The notes under the pieces: model-generated
What the model saw: only the letters and a program-made list of their open reading frames with translations
What the model was told of the DNA's origin: nothing
The model's database searches: none
Program-made: the position numbers and the translations under genes
Shown here: in pieces, positions 1-13,870 of the stretch
Numbering within the stretch: the stretch's first letter is position 1
Layout: every line of letters begins with the position of its first letter
Source: Octopus sinensis
Lineage: Eukaryota
Assembly (NCBI RefSeq): GCF_006345805.1
Contig: NC_043006.1
Coordinates: forward strand, 55,676,001 to 55,740,000
DNA length: 64,000 nt
Reading direction: 5' to 3'

Positions 1-4
1 TTCT

Positions 5-310
5 CTTTCGGGGTCAATTTTTATGGTGAATATCTCACCACATTTCTCTACTATCATCCCGAAATGATATATATTCACTTCTGAAGGCACTTTTGAAAAG
101 CTTATTTTATTCACCTGGTTCGCCAGGTAGGAGGGAATTAAAATATACTCTTCTGAGTAGCGCGTCTGAATCGCAATGTTTTTGGCATCTTCGGTATGAC
201 ATATTGCGACCGGCCTGCCAAACTCCTTTCCCTTTCTTATATGCCATACCAAATCCCAGACATCTTTTGTTCAGGGGTCGTATTTATATCTTCTACTTTT
301 GCAATTAACG
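5..310 (-). mobile_element. Possible L1/Tx1-type LINE ORF1 remnant
   Basis: Minus-strand translation DLVWHIRKGKEFGRPVAICHTEDAKNIAIQTRYSEEYILIPSYLANQVNKISFSKVPSEV, with stops nearby, resembles Tx1-like ORF1 by recollection only. Confidence 0.3.
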
Positions 311-963
311 CATCTGCAAGTTAAGTTTTCTTCCAAATTCCATCTTTCACGTCCGATGGAATTTCGAGCAGGTTTGGTTTTACTAAGCAATGCTTATACA
401 ACTTTCCAAAACCCTTGACAACGGTATGTACTATCCATTGCTGGTTGCTGTTGCTGTTGTCGTTCTTGTTGGTTATAGTGGTGTTGATGAAGTCATTGAT
501 ATTGTTGCTGCTGTTGTAATTGATGGTGGTTTCGCTGTTTTCTTTGAATTGTTAGAATATTTCGTTCTTCCTTTCTTGTTGTTTCTCTTATATGCTGATG
601 TTGTATCTTATGCTATCGTCTGTTTTCACCGTGACGCCTTACATTTTCCAGCTCTCACTCTTTCTCATTATCCTCTGGTAACTCCTCTTCTCACTCTCTT
701 CCCCTCTCTCTTCAACAAGCTTGACTGACTTTGATATTTTCTCCATGGAGTGGGAAAGCAATATTTTGTTAACGAAAGTAAAATTAAATCAACAAGTCTT
801 CCTCAAAACCGGGGGCAGAGGAGGAGTGGGACTATTTAGAAGACAAACTCACCACCTGATTGCAGATCACTTTTTATTCACTGTAGTATAAAATTTCAGC
901 GATTTTAAACAGAATTTGTTTACAAGTCTAGCGTGGCTTGGCATCCATTGCTCCCTCACTCAA

Positions 964-1178
964 AATCTTTTCTACTCTGGGCGCAAGGCCCGAAATCTTT
1001 GGGGAGGGAGCCAGTCGATTAGATGGACCCTAGTATGTAACTGGTACTTAATTTATCGACCCCGAAAGAATGAAAGACAAAGTCGACCTCAGTGGAATTT
1101 GAACTTAGAACGTAAAGACAAACGAAATACCGCTAAGCATTTCTCCCGGCGTGCGAACGTTCCGGCCAGCTCGCTGCC
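964..1178 (-). mobile_element. tRNA-derived SINE (family with head GGCGGCGAGCTGGCAGAA)
   Basis: Reverse complement matches the + copies at 28749 and 38557 (gcggcgagctggc...gcttagcggtatttcg...gagttcaaattcc...ggggtcgataaattaagtaccag). Confidence 0.8.
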
Positions 1179-1201
1179 TTGCTCTCTCACTCAGTAGTAA
1201 T

Positions 1202-1353
1202 AATCATTTCTACTAAAGGCACAAGGCCTCAAACTTTTGGGGAGGGGACTAGTTGATTACATCGACCCCTGTGTTTCACTGGTGTTTAGTTTATCGACCA
1301 CGAAAGGAATTTTAATTTGTCCGCCGTGCTAAAGGCACTGTCAGCTCGTCGCC
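1202..1353 (-). mobile_element. Internally deleted copy of the same SINE
   Basis: Shares head (tcagctcgtcgcc) and tail (aggcctcaaactttt...ttatcgacc) with 964-1178. Confidence 0.6.
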
Positions 1354-1446
1354 TTAATTCAAAGAATAATATTAATAACTGACACGTTTCAAAAGAAACA
1401 AAAATTTTTTTGAAGGAGTTGAATATAATCTAAAACATGTTCCTTA

Positions 1447-1614
1447 CACTCTTACTCTTTTACTTGTTCCAGTCATTTGACTGTGACCATGCTGGAGTAC
1501 CGCCTTTAGTCGAGCAAATCGACCCCTGGACTTTTTCTTTGTAAGCCTAGTACGGGGACGTAAACAGCAGCATCGGTTGTCAAGCGATGATGGGGGACAA
1601 ACACAGATACACAA

Positions 1615-1658
<44 letters not shown>

Positions 1659-1672
1659 ATACACACACACAC

Positions 1673-1733
<61 letters not shown>

Positions 1734-1894
1734 ACGGGTTTCCTTCAGTTTCCGTCTATCAAATACACTCACAAGGCTTTGGTGGGCCCGATGCTATAGC
1801 AGAAGACACCTGCCCAAGGTGCCACGCAGTGGGACTGAACCCGGAACCATGTGGTTGGTAAGCAAGCTACTTACCACACAACCACTCCTACGCC
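1447..1894 (-). mobile_element. tRNA-derived SINE with internal (TA)n/(TG)n microsatellite (head GGCGCAGGAGTGGCTGTGTGGTAAG)
   Basis: B-box-like gggttcagtccc, CORE-like accttgggcaggtg and tail gactgaaacaagtaaaagagt. Homologous copies at 8423, 31797 and 47887. Confidence 0.85.
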
Positions 1895-3504
1895 TTGCGA
1901 TGAATTTCCAGAAAACCTTGTGTTTGTACTCGTGAGGGAATTAAATAAAGAATCGATGTATCAGGATTATAAACTTTGTTGATTTTAAGTCATTTGTTTT
2001 TGATACCGTTAATTATGGTGTTTAGCTCAGAGAAGCAGAAATGGCTGTACTTCTTGGAGTGTGTATAATTTGTATTAGACAAAAATGATGTTCTTTAAAT
2101 GGCTTTAGGCATATGTTTGTCGGTGGGTTTTGTAAGTTCGAAATCCTAAATTGTTGTTACTCTCATTGTTCTCTGTTTAGTTATGAAAGTACAAAGCTCG
2201 CTAACGCAGAATTTTATGAAATTATTCATTTGTTACAATACGTGCTTGAAGAATGTTTATGTTAGATATTGGTATGTACATATCGATTACCTGTTAGGTA
2301 TAGAATATATATATATGTATATATATGTATGTATTGAGTATGGTAGATGAGTTCAGCAAAAATTTAGATTCAAATGAATATGGTACTTATATATATTACA
2401 AACACATACACGCACACGCGCGTATGTATGTATGTATGTATGTATGTATGTATGTATGTATGTATGTATGTATGTATGTATGTATGTATGTATGTTTGTC
2501 TATATATATATATATATATATATATCCGAATAAATGCATTATAGAATTTTGTAGATCGTGTAGCTAATATCAAGTTTTTCTTCCAACTAGGCATAAATTT
2601 GATATCATTCTTTAATAAGTAGTTCATATTTATCACTTCTTCAGTATACGCTTGAGGTAATTTTCGACGAATTTGCTCACAACCATGTTTTCGAAATTTT
2701 ATTATGATCGGGGATTTGAGAAACTCATTCCAGAGATTCAGTTCCCCGAGTTCTTTTCAAGGCTAGTCATCACTTGCTTGTATGGCACGAAGCTCTCTGA
2801 GTTTTTGAAAATAAAGTGGTGGTGGTGGTGGGGACATTCTGATGGATCCCTACACTGGAATAGACGGGTAAATGTTTGACTGTATTTAGGGTCATTTAAA
2901 TGATCTAAACAGAAGTGGGCTTTAATCTCCTTGTCGCTAAAAGTGCCTCTCCTCACCCACTCGCTATACGGTACTCTAGCTCCTTCATATTCAAATCTTA
3001 CTCCCACGTCTCAAATTTTGTTGCGTGTGCCTCAAATATAACTGTTATAACAAACTGAATTTTCTATCGCCATGATCTGATGGTCAAACTTCGTCTTGTT
3101 GCTAGGCTCATAATTTCCCTTGAAATTTGTGGTCTTTTGAAATCCTTGGCTACTTCTTGCAATTTTTCATTTATCTCTAAGACTTTTTCAATTCTGTCTT
3201 GCCACAATATAGTTTCATATCCATAAAATTTGACGCTATTCTAACAGTTTAACACCAACGTTTAATAACTTCCTTTTAAATTGTCATTTTTCCCTTCACA
3301 GAAACTTTCTGAGGCCTCACAGATTCTTCTTTACTTCGAAATACCCTTCTTTAATCCACCGCTTGACTATCTAATTCACGATTAATATCGTAAAATAGAA
3401 CTATTTCTGTATTGGACTGATCAAACTACTGTTATCCGAACTAAAGACGTTATGTAGTTCTCTGCATGCATGCACGAATACACTCACACACGCGTTTATC
3501 TTTT

Positions 3505-3691
3505 GTTAAACACGAAACCGGTAATTTCTTCAAAAACTATGTCACTGTATGAAAAATATTTATAACATTCTTCTGACATAATGACTCAAATATATATTTT
3601 TTAACCTTTTAAAACAAGCCTTCTGTAGTTTTTTCCCTTTTTACTATTTTCTATATATTCAACCACGTGCTTTCACACACCAAGTTTCTCA

Positions 3692-3693
<2 letters not shown>
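3505..3693 (+). mobile_element. Old 3' end of the PLE family that forms the 17.1-18.1 kb palindrome
   Basis: cgaaaccggtaatttctt...aagccttctgt...tactattttctatatattcaaccacgtgcttt is collinear with the palindrome arm plus its terminal tail, and is followed by (TA)n. Confidence 0.6.
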
Positions 3694-3768
<75 letters not shown>

Positions 3769-4686
3769 GTGCGTGTGTATGTGTGTGTGTATAAACAATT
3801 CCGTTCATTCAGGGGAAACAATTAAATATTAATGATTTAAATCAAAAGAATCCGTTATAAGATTTGCGATAGAAATAGATATTAACGAGATTTAAGAGCT
3901 CAATGAAATAAAAGATTATGTATGTGTGTGTCTATACACACGCATACACACACGCCTGTGCATTTATATATGTTTATCCCTAACAAGAAATCGATATATA
4001 CGTACCTATATTTTCCTCAAGTGTCTATTGTAGTGAATAGATAGAAATGGCTCGCTTTAGACTTTGATAGCTAAACTGAGAACAATGAGAAACAACAGTT
4101 TAGGATTTCTAACTTACGAAACCCATAGGTCAAGAAATACTTTGCGGTTATTTACAGACGATCTTGTTTAATCTGATAAAATACGTACACTTCAGGAACT
4201 AAAACCACCTAAACTTGAATAACATAATTAAAGGCATCAAAGAGATTTAAATCAATAGAAGCTTACACGGATAAAGACTTTTTTTCTATCAGTATAATCT
4301 TGATAAAACCACCTACAATGGCTTCCTATCTAACTCCATCATTTCTCAAAACACGAAGAAATCCTCGAACTCCTCATCAGAAAGAGAAATCTTGTTTATG
4401 TTATTTAGTTAAAAATTGTTTATATAATTACTTGCCAAATAATTTATATTTATTATTGGTTTATATTTTTATTGCTATTATCATAATCTCCGTATGTATG
4501 TATGTATGTATGTATGTATGTATGTATGTATGTATGTATGTATGTATGTATGTATGTATGTATGTATGTATGTATGTATGTGTATATATGTGTGTATGCA
4601 TGTATGTATGTGTATATATGTGTGTATGCTTGTATATATGTACATGTATGTATGCATGTGTATGTAGATGTATATATGCATGTATG

Positions 4687-4726
<40 letters not shown>

Positions 4727-4727
<1 letters not shown>

Positions 4728-7700
4728 CATGTCAGATCACTTGTGAGGGTTTATGAGGTGTCGTACAAGCCTTATTGGACCTAAACCTTTGCACAGGCAT
4801 TGCTGACTTCTTCCTTTACATGTGCATTGCTCCCCGCCTTTCTGTTTATATATATTTTATTCGGAAGTCCTGTAGCGATGGAAGGTGGGGAAGCATGCAG
4901 AACTGACGAGTTGGAAGCATGTAGTCTGCCATCTGCACGTAGGCGGCCCATAGTGGATATAAGGTCGTCTCCTTGCCTCCCAAGACAGCGATGGGATTCG
5001 TTTGCTGCATGGGTGTCTGAACAGCTCCATTTGGGGAGGACACTGCTCACCCAGAGGCCGGGAGTTTCTAGAAAAGGTGAACCAAAAATTGCTTGTCTTT
5101 CTCTATTTGGTCACTTAAGCGCGACTGATGGATGTCTATCCTACATTCAAAAAGCAAAGAGAATACTTATAAAATCTGGTTAGAACTTGAATATTTCATG
5201 TTGGAATATGCACACTCTGGTGGATAACAAGAGTGACTGTAAGCCTGAACGACGCGCTACACCTGTTGCACGCGTTATAACACTGATATCGCAGCACTTT
5301 CGGAGACTCGTGTAGAAGGTGATGGTCTGTTTTAGGAAGTAGAAAGTGGATACACCATTTGTTGGAAGGGAAATTGAAGAAGGAGTGCAGAGAAGCTGGT
5401 TGTTTGCTTTGCAGTTCGATCTGAAATCCTTAAGAAGTTGGAGGAACTTCCTGTTCCTATAAATGATCGTCTAATGACTCTACGTTTGCACCTGAATGGT
5501 GGGCGGTTTGCTAATTTTATAAGTGCCTATGCACCTACTTTGACCAGTTGTGATGAAGATAAAACTATTTTCTAACCCAGCAGAGAGCCACGCTTAGGAA
5601 AATCCCCAATCATGATAAAGTCATCAGATGTGGACGTTTTGGTATAGAGAAGATGAATAGCAATGGTTTCATACTTCTCGAGCTTTGCGAAGAATACGGA
5701 CTTTACATCGTAAGCACTCATTTTATGCACAGAGGTAATAACATAACAACGTAGATGCACCCAAGGCCTAAATTTTGGCGCTTGCTGGATTATGTCATCA
5801 TTCGCAAGCGTGACATCTATGACATTTGTAATGTCAATTCCTTTCATGGTTCGGAGAGCTGGACAGACCACAGCGTGGTACGAGAAAAGTTCCGGATGAT
5901 GATCAGAATGAAAGAAAGTAGAGGGTCAGTTGGCATTCCTCGACCTCTGAATGTCCATAAGATATATGATGCTGTGGTGAAGAAAGAGATTGAGAATCGT
6001 TTATCCAGCATTAAAAATACTACAGCGTGGGAAGATTTTCGAGACCATGTTTTTCAATGTGCTGCTGAAAGACTGGGATATGCTATTGTAAGACCCAGAG
6101 ACTGGTTTGAGGAAAATCATGCTGAAGTTCAACGACTGATGGTCGTGAAGCGCCATGCCCAGAGGACTTTCAGTTGTGCAACGAAATCTAGCACTTGTCT
6201 ACTATAGCAGTGTAAAATCACTACTGCAGCGATCTCTCAGCATGATATAGAATACCTGGCGGGAGGATCTTGTTCGTGATGTTCAAGCTGCTACTGATGC
6301 AAATGACAGCAGTCACTTTACCATCTTATGAAGCAGGTTTATGGGCCTTAGAGCTCTGCAGCAGCTCCTTCGCTTGCCAATGAATCATCTACTCTGTTTA
6401 CTAAATCAACAGAAAATTCGGGTCACTGGATTGAACATTTTTCTGAACTCCTAAACCGTGAGTCAATTGTGAACGAAGTAGTGACTGACACTATGCAACT
6501 GAGGCCTGTCATTGACTCTTTAAATTCCATGCCCTCATGGAATGAGGTAATGCCAGCAATAAGTAAAATGAATCTTTGTAAGGCACCTCGTAGGAATGGT
6601 ATTTGTGCTGAGCTCCTGTGGTTTGGTGAACTTATTCCTTTTATGAACTTATGAGTGTAATCTGGAAAGATGGAGCAATGCCTAGCGACTGGAAATATGC
6701 AATTATTCTTCTTCTCTATAAAGGAAAGAGAGCCAGAGTAGAGGTTGGCTACTACAGAGGTATTGCTCTACTATCAGCTGCTGGCAAGGTTCTGGCAAGT
6801 ATTCTTCTTATCCGCCTGAATAGGTGTCTTGTAAATGATGTCCAAACTGAATCTCAATGTGGTTTCCGATCTGGAAGAGGGACGATGGATATACTTTTCA
6901 CAGCGAGACAGATGCAGGAGAAATGCTATGAGCAGAATATAGATCTTGTCAGGGTATTCATTGATTTAACCAAAGCCTTTGATACTGTGAATAGAGTCAT
7001 CATAGGGAAAATACTTGGTAAACTTGGATATCTGGATCACTTTGCATCAATAATCAAATCATTTCATGATGGGATTGAAGCTTGGATCAATGTTGGCGGT
7101 GGTATGGTGGGACCCATTCTTGTAGAGAATGGTGTCAAGCAGTGAGACACCCTTGCCCCAACTCTCTTTTCTGTGCAGTTTGCTGCTACTCTTTCTCATG
7201 CTTTTGCTGTGGATAGCTCTCCTGGGATACAGGTTAGGTATCGATCTTCAGGCCGTCTTTTTCACTCGCGTCGATTTGCAGCCAATTCAAAGGTTTTTCA
7301 GTCTCTTATTCGTGACCTCCTTTGTGCAGATGATTATGACTTAGTCACTCATGCAGTAGATGAGATGCAAATACTTGTGAATCATTCTGCTTCTTGTAAG
7401 GCATCAGCCTGGATGAGACTATTGTAATGTTCCAGCCGGCATCAGGAGACCCATATGCGGAACCAGCTATTTTGGTTGAAGGAACGATACTGAAAGTAGT
7501 AGACAAAGTTGTCTACCTGAACAGCACACTCAGCCTTTCTTGCTCCCTGGATGATGAAATATGTTTCAGTCTGCAGAGAGTTCTGTGTCTGGTGGCATCA
7601 CAAGGCGAACAAAAATTACTATGTAGTGTGCATGTGCACTGACATCGCTCATTTACACGTGTGAGACATGGACCCTTTACAAATGTCATGTAGAAGTTCT

Positions 7701-8296
7701 TGAACGCTTCCATCAGAGATGTTTGAAACACATTCTGAATGTTGGCTGGACCTTAAAACCTCCAGATACACAGGTCCTGAGGAAAACCGATATCCTGAGT
7801 ATTGAGGCGATGGTGCACAAAAAGCGGTTACATTGGACTGGACACCTTGATAGAATGAATAATAGCAGGATCCCTAAACAGACGCTATATGGGGAACTTG
7901 TTAGTTGAAAGCGACCCGGAAGAAGCCAAGACTTTGATTTAAGGACTGTGTAAAGTCCTCATTAAAGGCCTGTGAAATGCGAGTGGCTGACCGGGAGAGC
8001 AATGCTTGACATCGCCATGGATGGAGGAAATATGTAAAGGAGGGAGTTGATACCTTAGAAAGAACACGTACTCTTCATGAAGAATTTAAGTGTGCTGCTC
8101 GAAAATGCACTGCTAGTGTAATTAATGGGGAAAAATTGGCCTGCAATGTTTGCGGTCGTGTATGTTTGTCAAAAGCAGGGCTAGTTAGTCTCTAACTGAG
8201 CCGCAATTGTAAAGTATAAGGCAGTCTTGAGTGCACAATGTTCCGAAAGGTCAGTAAGGATTTTCCTCGGTCATGAGTGCACGGCCATCATCATCA
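4727..8296 (+). mobile_element. RTE-clade LINE, near full length, decayed (APE endonuclease + RT + C-terminal zinc finger)
   Basis: EN motifs WNMHTL, AALSETR, ISAYAPT, LDYVI, WTDH. RT motifs YRGIALLSAAGK, SQCGFRSGRGT, FIDLTKAFD, GVKQ*DTLAPTLF, LLCADD. Tail HWTGHLDRM..RIPKQTLYGEL and CNVCGRVCLSKAGL. (CAT)n 3' end. Many stops and frameshifts. Confidence 0.92.
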
Positions 8297-8422
8297 TATG
8301 TATATGTATATATATTCACATATATATGCATGTATATAATTCGTGTCATACTAAGAAGCGATGCATGTTATCAAAATTTCCGACTCGAATCGAATAGAAG
8401 AAATCAACCCAAATTCTTGTTA

Positions 8423-8807
8423 TATCTTTTTCTTTTACTTGTTTCAGTCATTTCCCTGTGGCCATACTGAGGTACGGCCTTGAAGGGTTTTAGCAGAATA
8501 AATCGACCCCAGGACTTATTTCTTTTAAAGCCTATTACTTATTCTATCGTTCATTTCTACTGAACCGCGAAGTTAAAGGGACATAAACATACCAACACCA
8601 GTGGTAAGAGAACAAATATAGACACACACACACACACACACAAACGACGGTCTTCTTTCAGTTTCCGTCAAAGAAAGCCACTCACAAAGCTTTGGTCGGC
8701 CAGAAGCTATTGTTGAAGACACCTGCTTAAGTTGCCGCGCAGTGAGACTGAACCCAGTACTATGTGGTTGGGGAACAAGCTTCTAACTACGTATCCGCGC
8801 CTGTGCC
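8423..8807 (-). mobile_element. SINE (same family as 1447-1894)
   Basis: Collinear similarity including ctttcagtttccgtc and an internal (CA)n. Confidence 0.75.
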
Positions 8808-11372
8808 TATCTGTGGGAATGGATTTAGGATTGGCTCGTTTTTACAGGACACAGAGTCGTATAATGTATAAAAATGAAGTAAAACCAAGAAATGATATTT
8901 TTAATGTATTTAACAGTTCGTCGTAAATGTAAGAAAAGACTTGAATGAAATACATGAAAAGTATGCTATAACGCCAGTAGATATAGCATCCGGCTATTTT
9001 GTGATTTTACGGAGGCACGATTAGCTGATGATGTTGGCTAGAGTACTAAGAATAAAATTGTTATAATTTCTGTGGTAATTCACCACATAAAATGGTTCGA
9101 GAGAATGTTGAAACACTTTTAGAAAGATTGGTGCTTGAAATAGGAGAGTTACGTAGAAATAATATAAAGGAAAGTAATCGATGCATTCGAAAATTACTTC
9201 GGGTTTATAAGTTACACAAAACAATATACACGTGTAGGCTTATGGCTGGAGCAAGGTGAATTACTAATTTACAAGTTGAAGTCTTTGTTAACGAATATGA
9301 AAAGGCGGTTAGAATAGTTTTTGTTAATCATTGCTATTCCAGCATAACGAAGTTCTGGGAGTAATGCTGATGTAAACACGTTAGGTCTTGCATACAAGTT
9401 TTAGTAAAACTGAAGGACAAGGAGACAATTAAACAATGCATGTGTATGATTTCTTTACACTGTAAAGCAATTTAGATTTAAAGCTAGTGGATCATGGAAC
9501 ATGTATCATAATGGATCTAGTGTGTGAAAATCAATTGAAAATATATTTCGACCAAAATATTGTAGGGTTTATGTCGGATGTGCTCATTAAATTTTCAATC
9601 TATTAAGACAGTTAAATTAGTTCTGTTTATATATCTACTTTATATGTTGCATGCACGTTTGAAAAGAGATAATTTACAAGAGATTAAATTTAGTTATGAT
9701 AGTAAATACATTCCATTTGCAGGAAAGGTGCTTAAGCAAGTTAGAAGCATTCTTCTGGGCGGTACGTGTAGTCATTTGTTATTTGTACTTGGCAGCAGGT
9801 GAATTTTCTTAATGATTATACAAACGGAAAAACTTATGTTTAATCAGGCAACTTGCTAGATTTTGAAGGCACATGCACGACATTTTCGTTGCTAACTATA
9901 GTTATTTTTTTTAAAGATTTACTGAGTTGAAGTTATTCTGGAGATTCGGAACCAAACAGAAGTAGTAGTGATCTTAATTCTAAGTCAATGACAATGTTAT
10001 GGGAAGATAACGGCACAGCTATCAAATTAGGATATAGCGCTTTTGTTGGGATGTAATGAAAATAATCGATGTGATTTGTTAATAGAAATAACAAATACTC
10101 TACTACAACGGAATAGGCGAATATATAACGAGAAAAACTTCAGTTACACACACACACATACACACAGAGTCATACACACTGACACACTGAGACACACACA
10201 TATACATGCATGCACACATACATACGCGCGCACGCACACACATACATACATACATACATACATACATACATACGTATATATATATAAAGCCATATATACA
10301 TACCTATACACAAACATATAAATATATATATATATATATACAGTCATGTAAGCTTGGAGTTATTTCAAGCTTTGCTTATGCTATGTAGGGATGCGTTTGC
10401 TGTTAATGTGTTTTATCTGAGAACTAATGATGTACCTTCACGAATACCTGACATGAATGTTGTGTGAACTGGAATTGGTGTAGTATTTATGTGAGGATGG
10501 GAATTGACAACATATTACTTTTGGGAAATATCTAATTATTTTCGTGATGACATATAAGTTTAACTCAAATGACGTTTGTTTTGTTAGTTCTACTCTGTTT
10601 TGAGGTAGGTGGAGTCTTGTTTATACTAGTTAAGTTGCAAGTGAAATCGCATAAAGGGCTGCCTTTTTCAGGAAATACATATCCAGAGATTTTCCTACGT
10701 ATTCCATCTACAGCATTCTACCCACAGAACATGCCCAAGGGTATTTGAGCAGTGGCGATCTCTGAGCAGTGGTGAAACAGCTCAGGAATGAAACTAAATA
10801 TGGATCGTCAAGGAGTTTTTCTCGGCTGAGCGAAAGGAAACAGTGCCACTAGAGAGGTTGATTTCAAAAACTCACTCATAATTGGACTCATGCTTTGTCC
10901 AGTACTGGCAGCATGGAAAAGGGTCATATGGGCATCTGTATCGATTTGGACTTCGTTGTTAAGTGACGCAACGAAACCAAAATGACGTTCGACTCTTCAT
11001 CTGGTCTTGCAATCAGATTTTTCGTTGGTGTTATTACTGACTTTTATCGAGCTAAAAGGAACATAAAAGACAATACTGCCAACAAATGTTGCACACTTGT
11101 TTGTTGGGATTATTCACGAATCAGGAGCTTCTCCAGCACGACTCTTTACGTCGTTCACAATAACGTTGTTGTAGCGAAAAATCAGTCGTTCGTGGTGAAA
11201 TACCTTGAAACTTGCCAGTTACAAGAACCACCACAAATGCTCCATCTGTCACCAGCATGGGTCATCGAATAATCGTAGATGGTGCTTTACATATCCTAGT
11301 GTTGGGGGAGGGTATCACAAAGAGCTCGTGCAGTTTATACGAGCACTAATGTTACCACCACACCAGCGTCAT

Positions 11373-11374
<2 letters not shown>

Positions 11375-11431
<57 letters not shown>
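11375..11431. repeat. (TAC)n microsatellite
   Basis: Perfect trinucleotide run; a similar run lies at about 31663-31720. Confidence 0.9.
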
Positions 11432-11899
11432 ATATATGTGTGTGCAAATGTATGCTCAAACACATATGAACATGTGTGTGTGTGTAAATTGTGTAAATAT
11501 GTATGTAACGAAAATGGATTGTTTTGGAAACGGTGATATCTATTTTTATTCGTCATACAATAGAACTTGAGTTGACAAAATTTACGGCAACTAATTGGCT
11601 TTCATTAGATCAGTTTTTAACTGTTAGATATTCATATGAATTTTTGTTGTTCTTTAAACATTTCCTTAATTCCTACCGGTGTTTCTCTAATTTTAGAGTA
11701 TGTAATACGTGATTATTTTACCAAAATGTCTATTAATATTTTGATGAATAAGGAAACAAGGAGCATCAAGACACCTATATACTGACTGCCAACAGTCAAC
11801 GCATTAAGACATACCTGTATATTGATTGCTAGGAACAGAGAAACGTGGAAAGAAAGAACGAAAAATCACTGAAACTTTGGTTGCCTTTCACAGAGAGTT

Positions 11900-12120
11900 C
11901 TTGAGAAATATATCGACAATTTCGTACCCGATCATATCAGAAACGACGAAGTCTTGCAAAGCGCGTCGTCGCGAAGATAGGGATGTGGAAAGATGAATGA
12001 GACTATCTGACCACGTCTTCCACTGCTAGACCATCATTATTCAAAGGTAGAATTGAGACAGACCGAAACAAAAAGAAGATAGGACAGATCTCGGATCACG
12101 TGGTATTGAACCTTTCAGAA
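11900..12120 (+). mobile_element. Old LINE (RTE-like) RT C-terminal fragment
   Basis: LRNISTISYPDHIRNDEVLQSA resembles the 'ISW.DHI.N.EVL.RA' segment; heavily decayed downstream. Confidence 0.45.
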
Positions 12121-13811
12121 CAACCTAAAATTTATTAATGCGAACTTTGAGAATATAAGTTATGCAATCGATCAAGATTACCGGCCGCTTGATGTAAAAA
12201 CATACGCGCAGACGAATTGATTGATTGTTTAAGAAAATGCAAGCCTGCTTAGAAATATTAATTCAGGTTACCTGTGGTGTCTGGTATAGTGCTAGCAGTT
12301 TACTTACCAAAAACTAGTAAATGTATCAATAACGGAAGCTAATCAGCATAGACATCTCTACCAGATCGATCGATTTGTTAGAAATAGCATTCAAATCTTC
12401 GTCATGTCACATCCTACTGTGTGAAACAAGCGAAGGACATGTTGGTTATTGGAATATTAGATATGTTATATCTATAAAATTAGGCTAGAATTTATTTGAT
12501 CCGAATTTCAACAACAAGAACAAAGACAGCAACCAATCTATTATTTATTGTAGCGGATATTAGTTTACCAATATTGGAGAATACTTTGTATCTTAAATAT
12601 AATTAATTAAAGATAAAGAAGAAGCTATGTTGTTCTACATGTTTAGATATACTAAAATACACATATTAAAATATATAGAAAGTATCTTTTTCATTTTCAT
12701 CAATGTTTTTCATAAACTGAGATTCTAATCAGTTCCAGTTAGATTCAAAACAGTATTCTGATTTTACCTGATTACAATTAAAAAAAACAAAACAACTAAT
12801 AACAAAAGACGAATTAACATTTCAATAAGTTGAGTTGGTGTTTTGTTCTGTTCTTTAATAATTTGGTTTTGCGATTACGCTTTAGCAGGCACAATTTTGC
12901 TTGTGAATACACCTGGAAGACAGCTAAAATAACGATGATTCTGCAAATTAGCGACTCATACGCACAAAAGTATGTTATCGCTCGCCTATGCGTCTTTCGA
13001 GGGTAGAGTCAAACGAAATCGCGCTCGCTAAATCATAATGGCAGGTTTACAAAGGATTAAGTGAAACTGAATACAAAACATTTATTTTCAATTGGACAGC
13101 ATATTGCAGTACAGCAATTGTAACCCCTCGAATATAAATCCTTCAAAATGTTAAACGTAATACTTCAAAACATGTTTGTGTTCTTACGAATTCATTTTCT
13201 TGATTATTCTATGGTTGATGTTTATTTCCAGATTAATTCGCATTGAGCAGACTTATAATCAACACAATCTTCATCATCCCATTTTCTTAAAAGAGTATCG
13301 GGAACAGCATTAAAAAAAAACATACTCTTTCTTTAAGATGACAGTGTGTGTGTGATTTGAGAGAGATTTTGCTGTTATTTCTAGCAGATCGTGAGACTGC
13401 TTGGTGGTTTCCTCGTTTCATAGACGTTTCTATTGGTCGTAATAGAATGAGTAATGGAATGGATTGAATGTGCGCGTGTGCGTGTAACTTCAGGTGAGTC
13501 CTGACTGAACAGAGCTATCCTCAAAAATGTTTCAACCATGAACATACGGTTTTTCAAAACTACATTAGCGAATGTAGTCTTTTCTTTTTAAGCTGACAGA
13601 GTGTGCTTTAAGGGATATTTGGCTGTTATTTCTTACAGGTCTACCAGCCATGTAAAATTTCACTTGTTTTTGGTGTAGGCTGTGTGTGGTAGACATAGTG
13701 AAAAGTAGTAACATTTAGAAAGGAATGTGTGTGATTAGAATTAAGAGTAAGGAGTCATATGGAACGAGGAGACACATCAGGACTAGTAGAGTGTAGAGTG
13801 TAGAGTGCAGT

Positions 13812-13870
<59 letters not shown>

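Noticed and set aside
390-728. Hydrophobic 112-aa ORF as a candidate first exon of the GPCR
   Set aside because: Built from decayed (GTT)n and CT-rich sequence, with no TM1-like context or suitable phase-1 donor identified.
2640-3300. Possible L1/Tx1 ORF2 C-terminal remnant (-), and a similar suspicion at 8950-10060 (+)
   Set aside because: No diagnostic motif could be read with confidence.
4940-5010. HDV-like ribozyme at the RTE 5' end
   Set aside because: Only a simple 7-bp hairpin; the loop is too short for the nested double pseudoknot.
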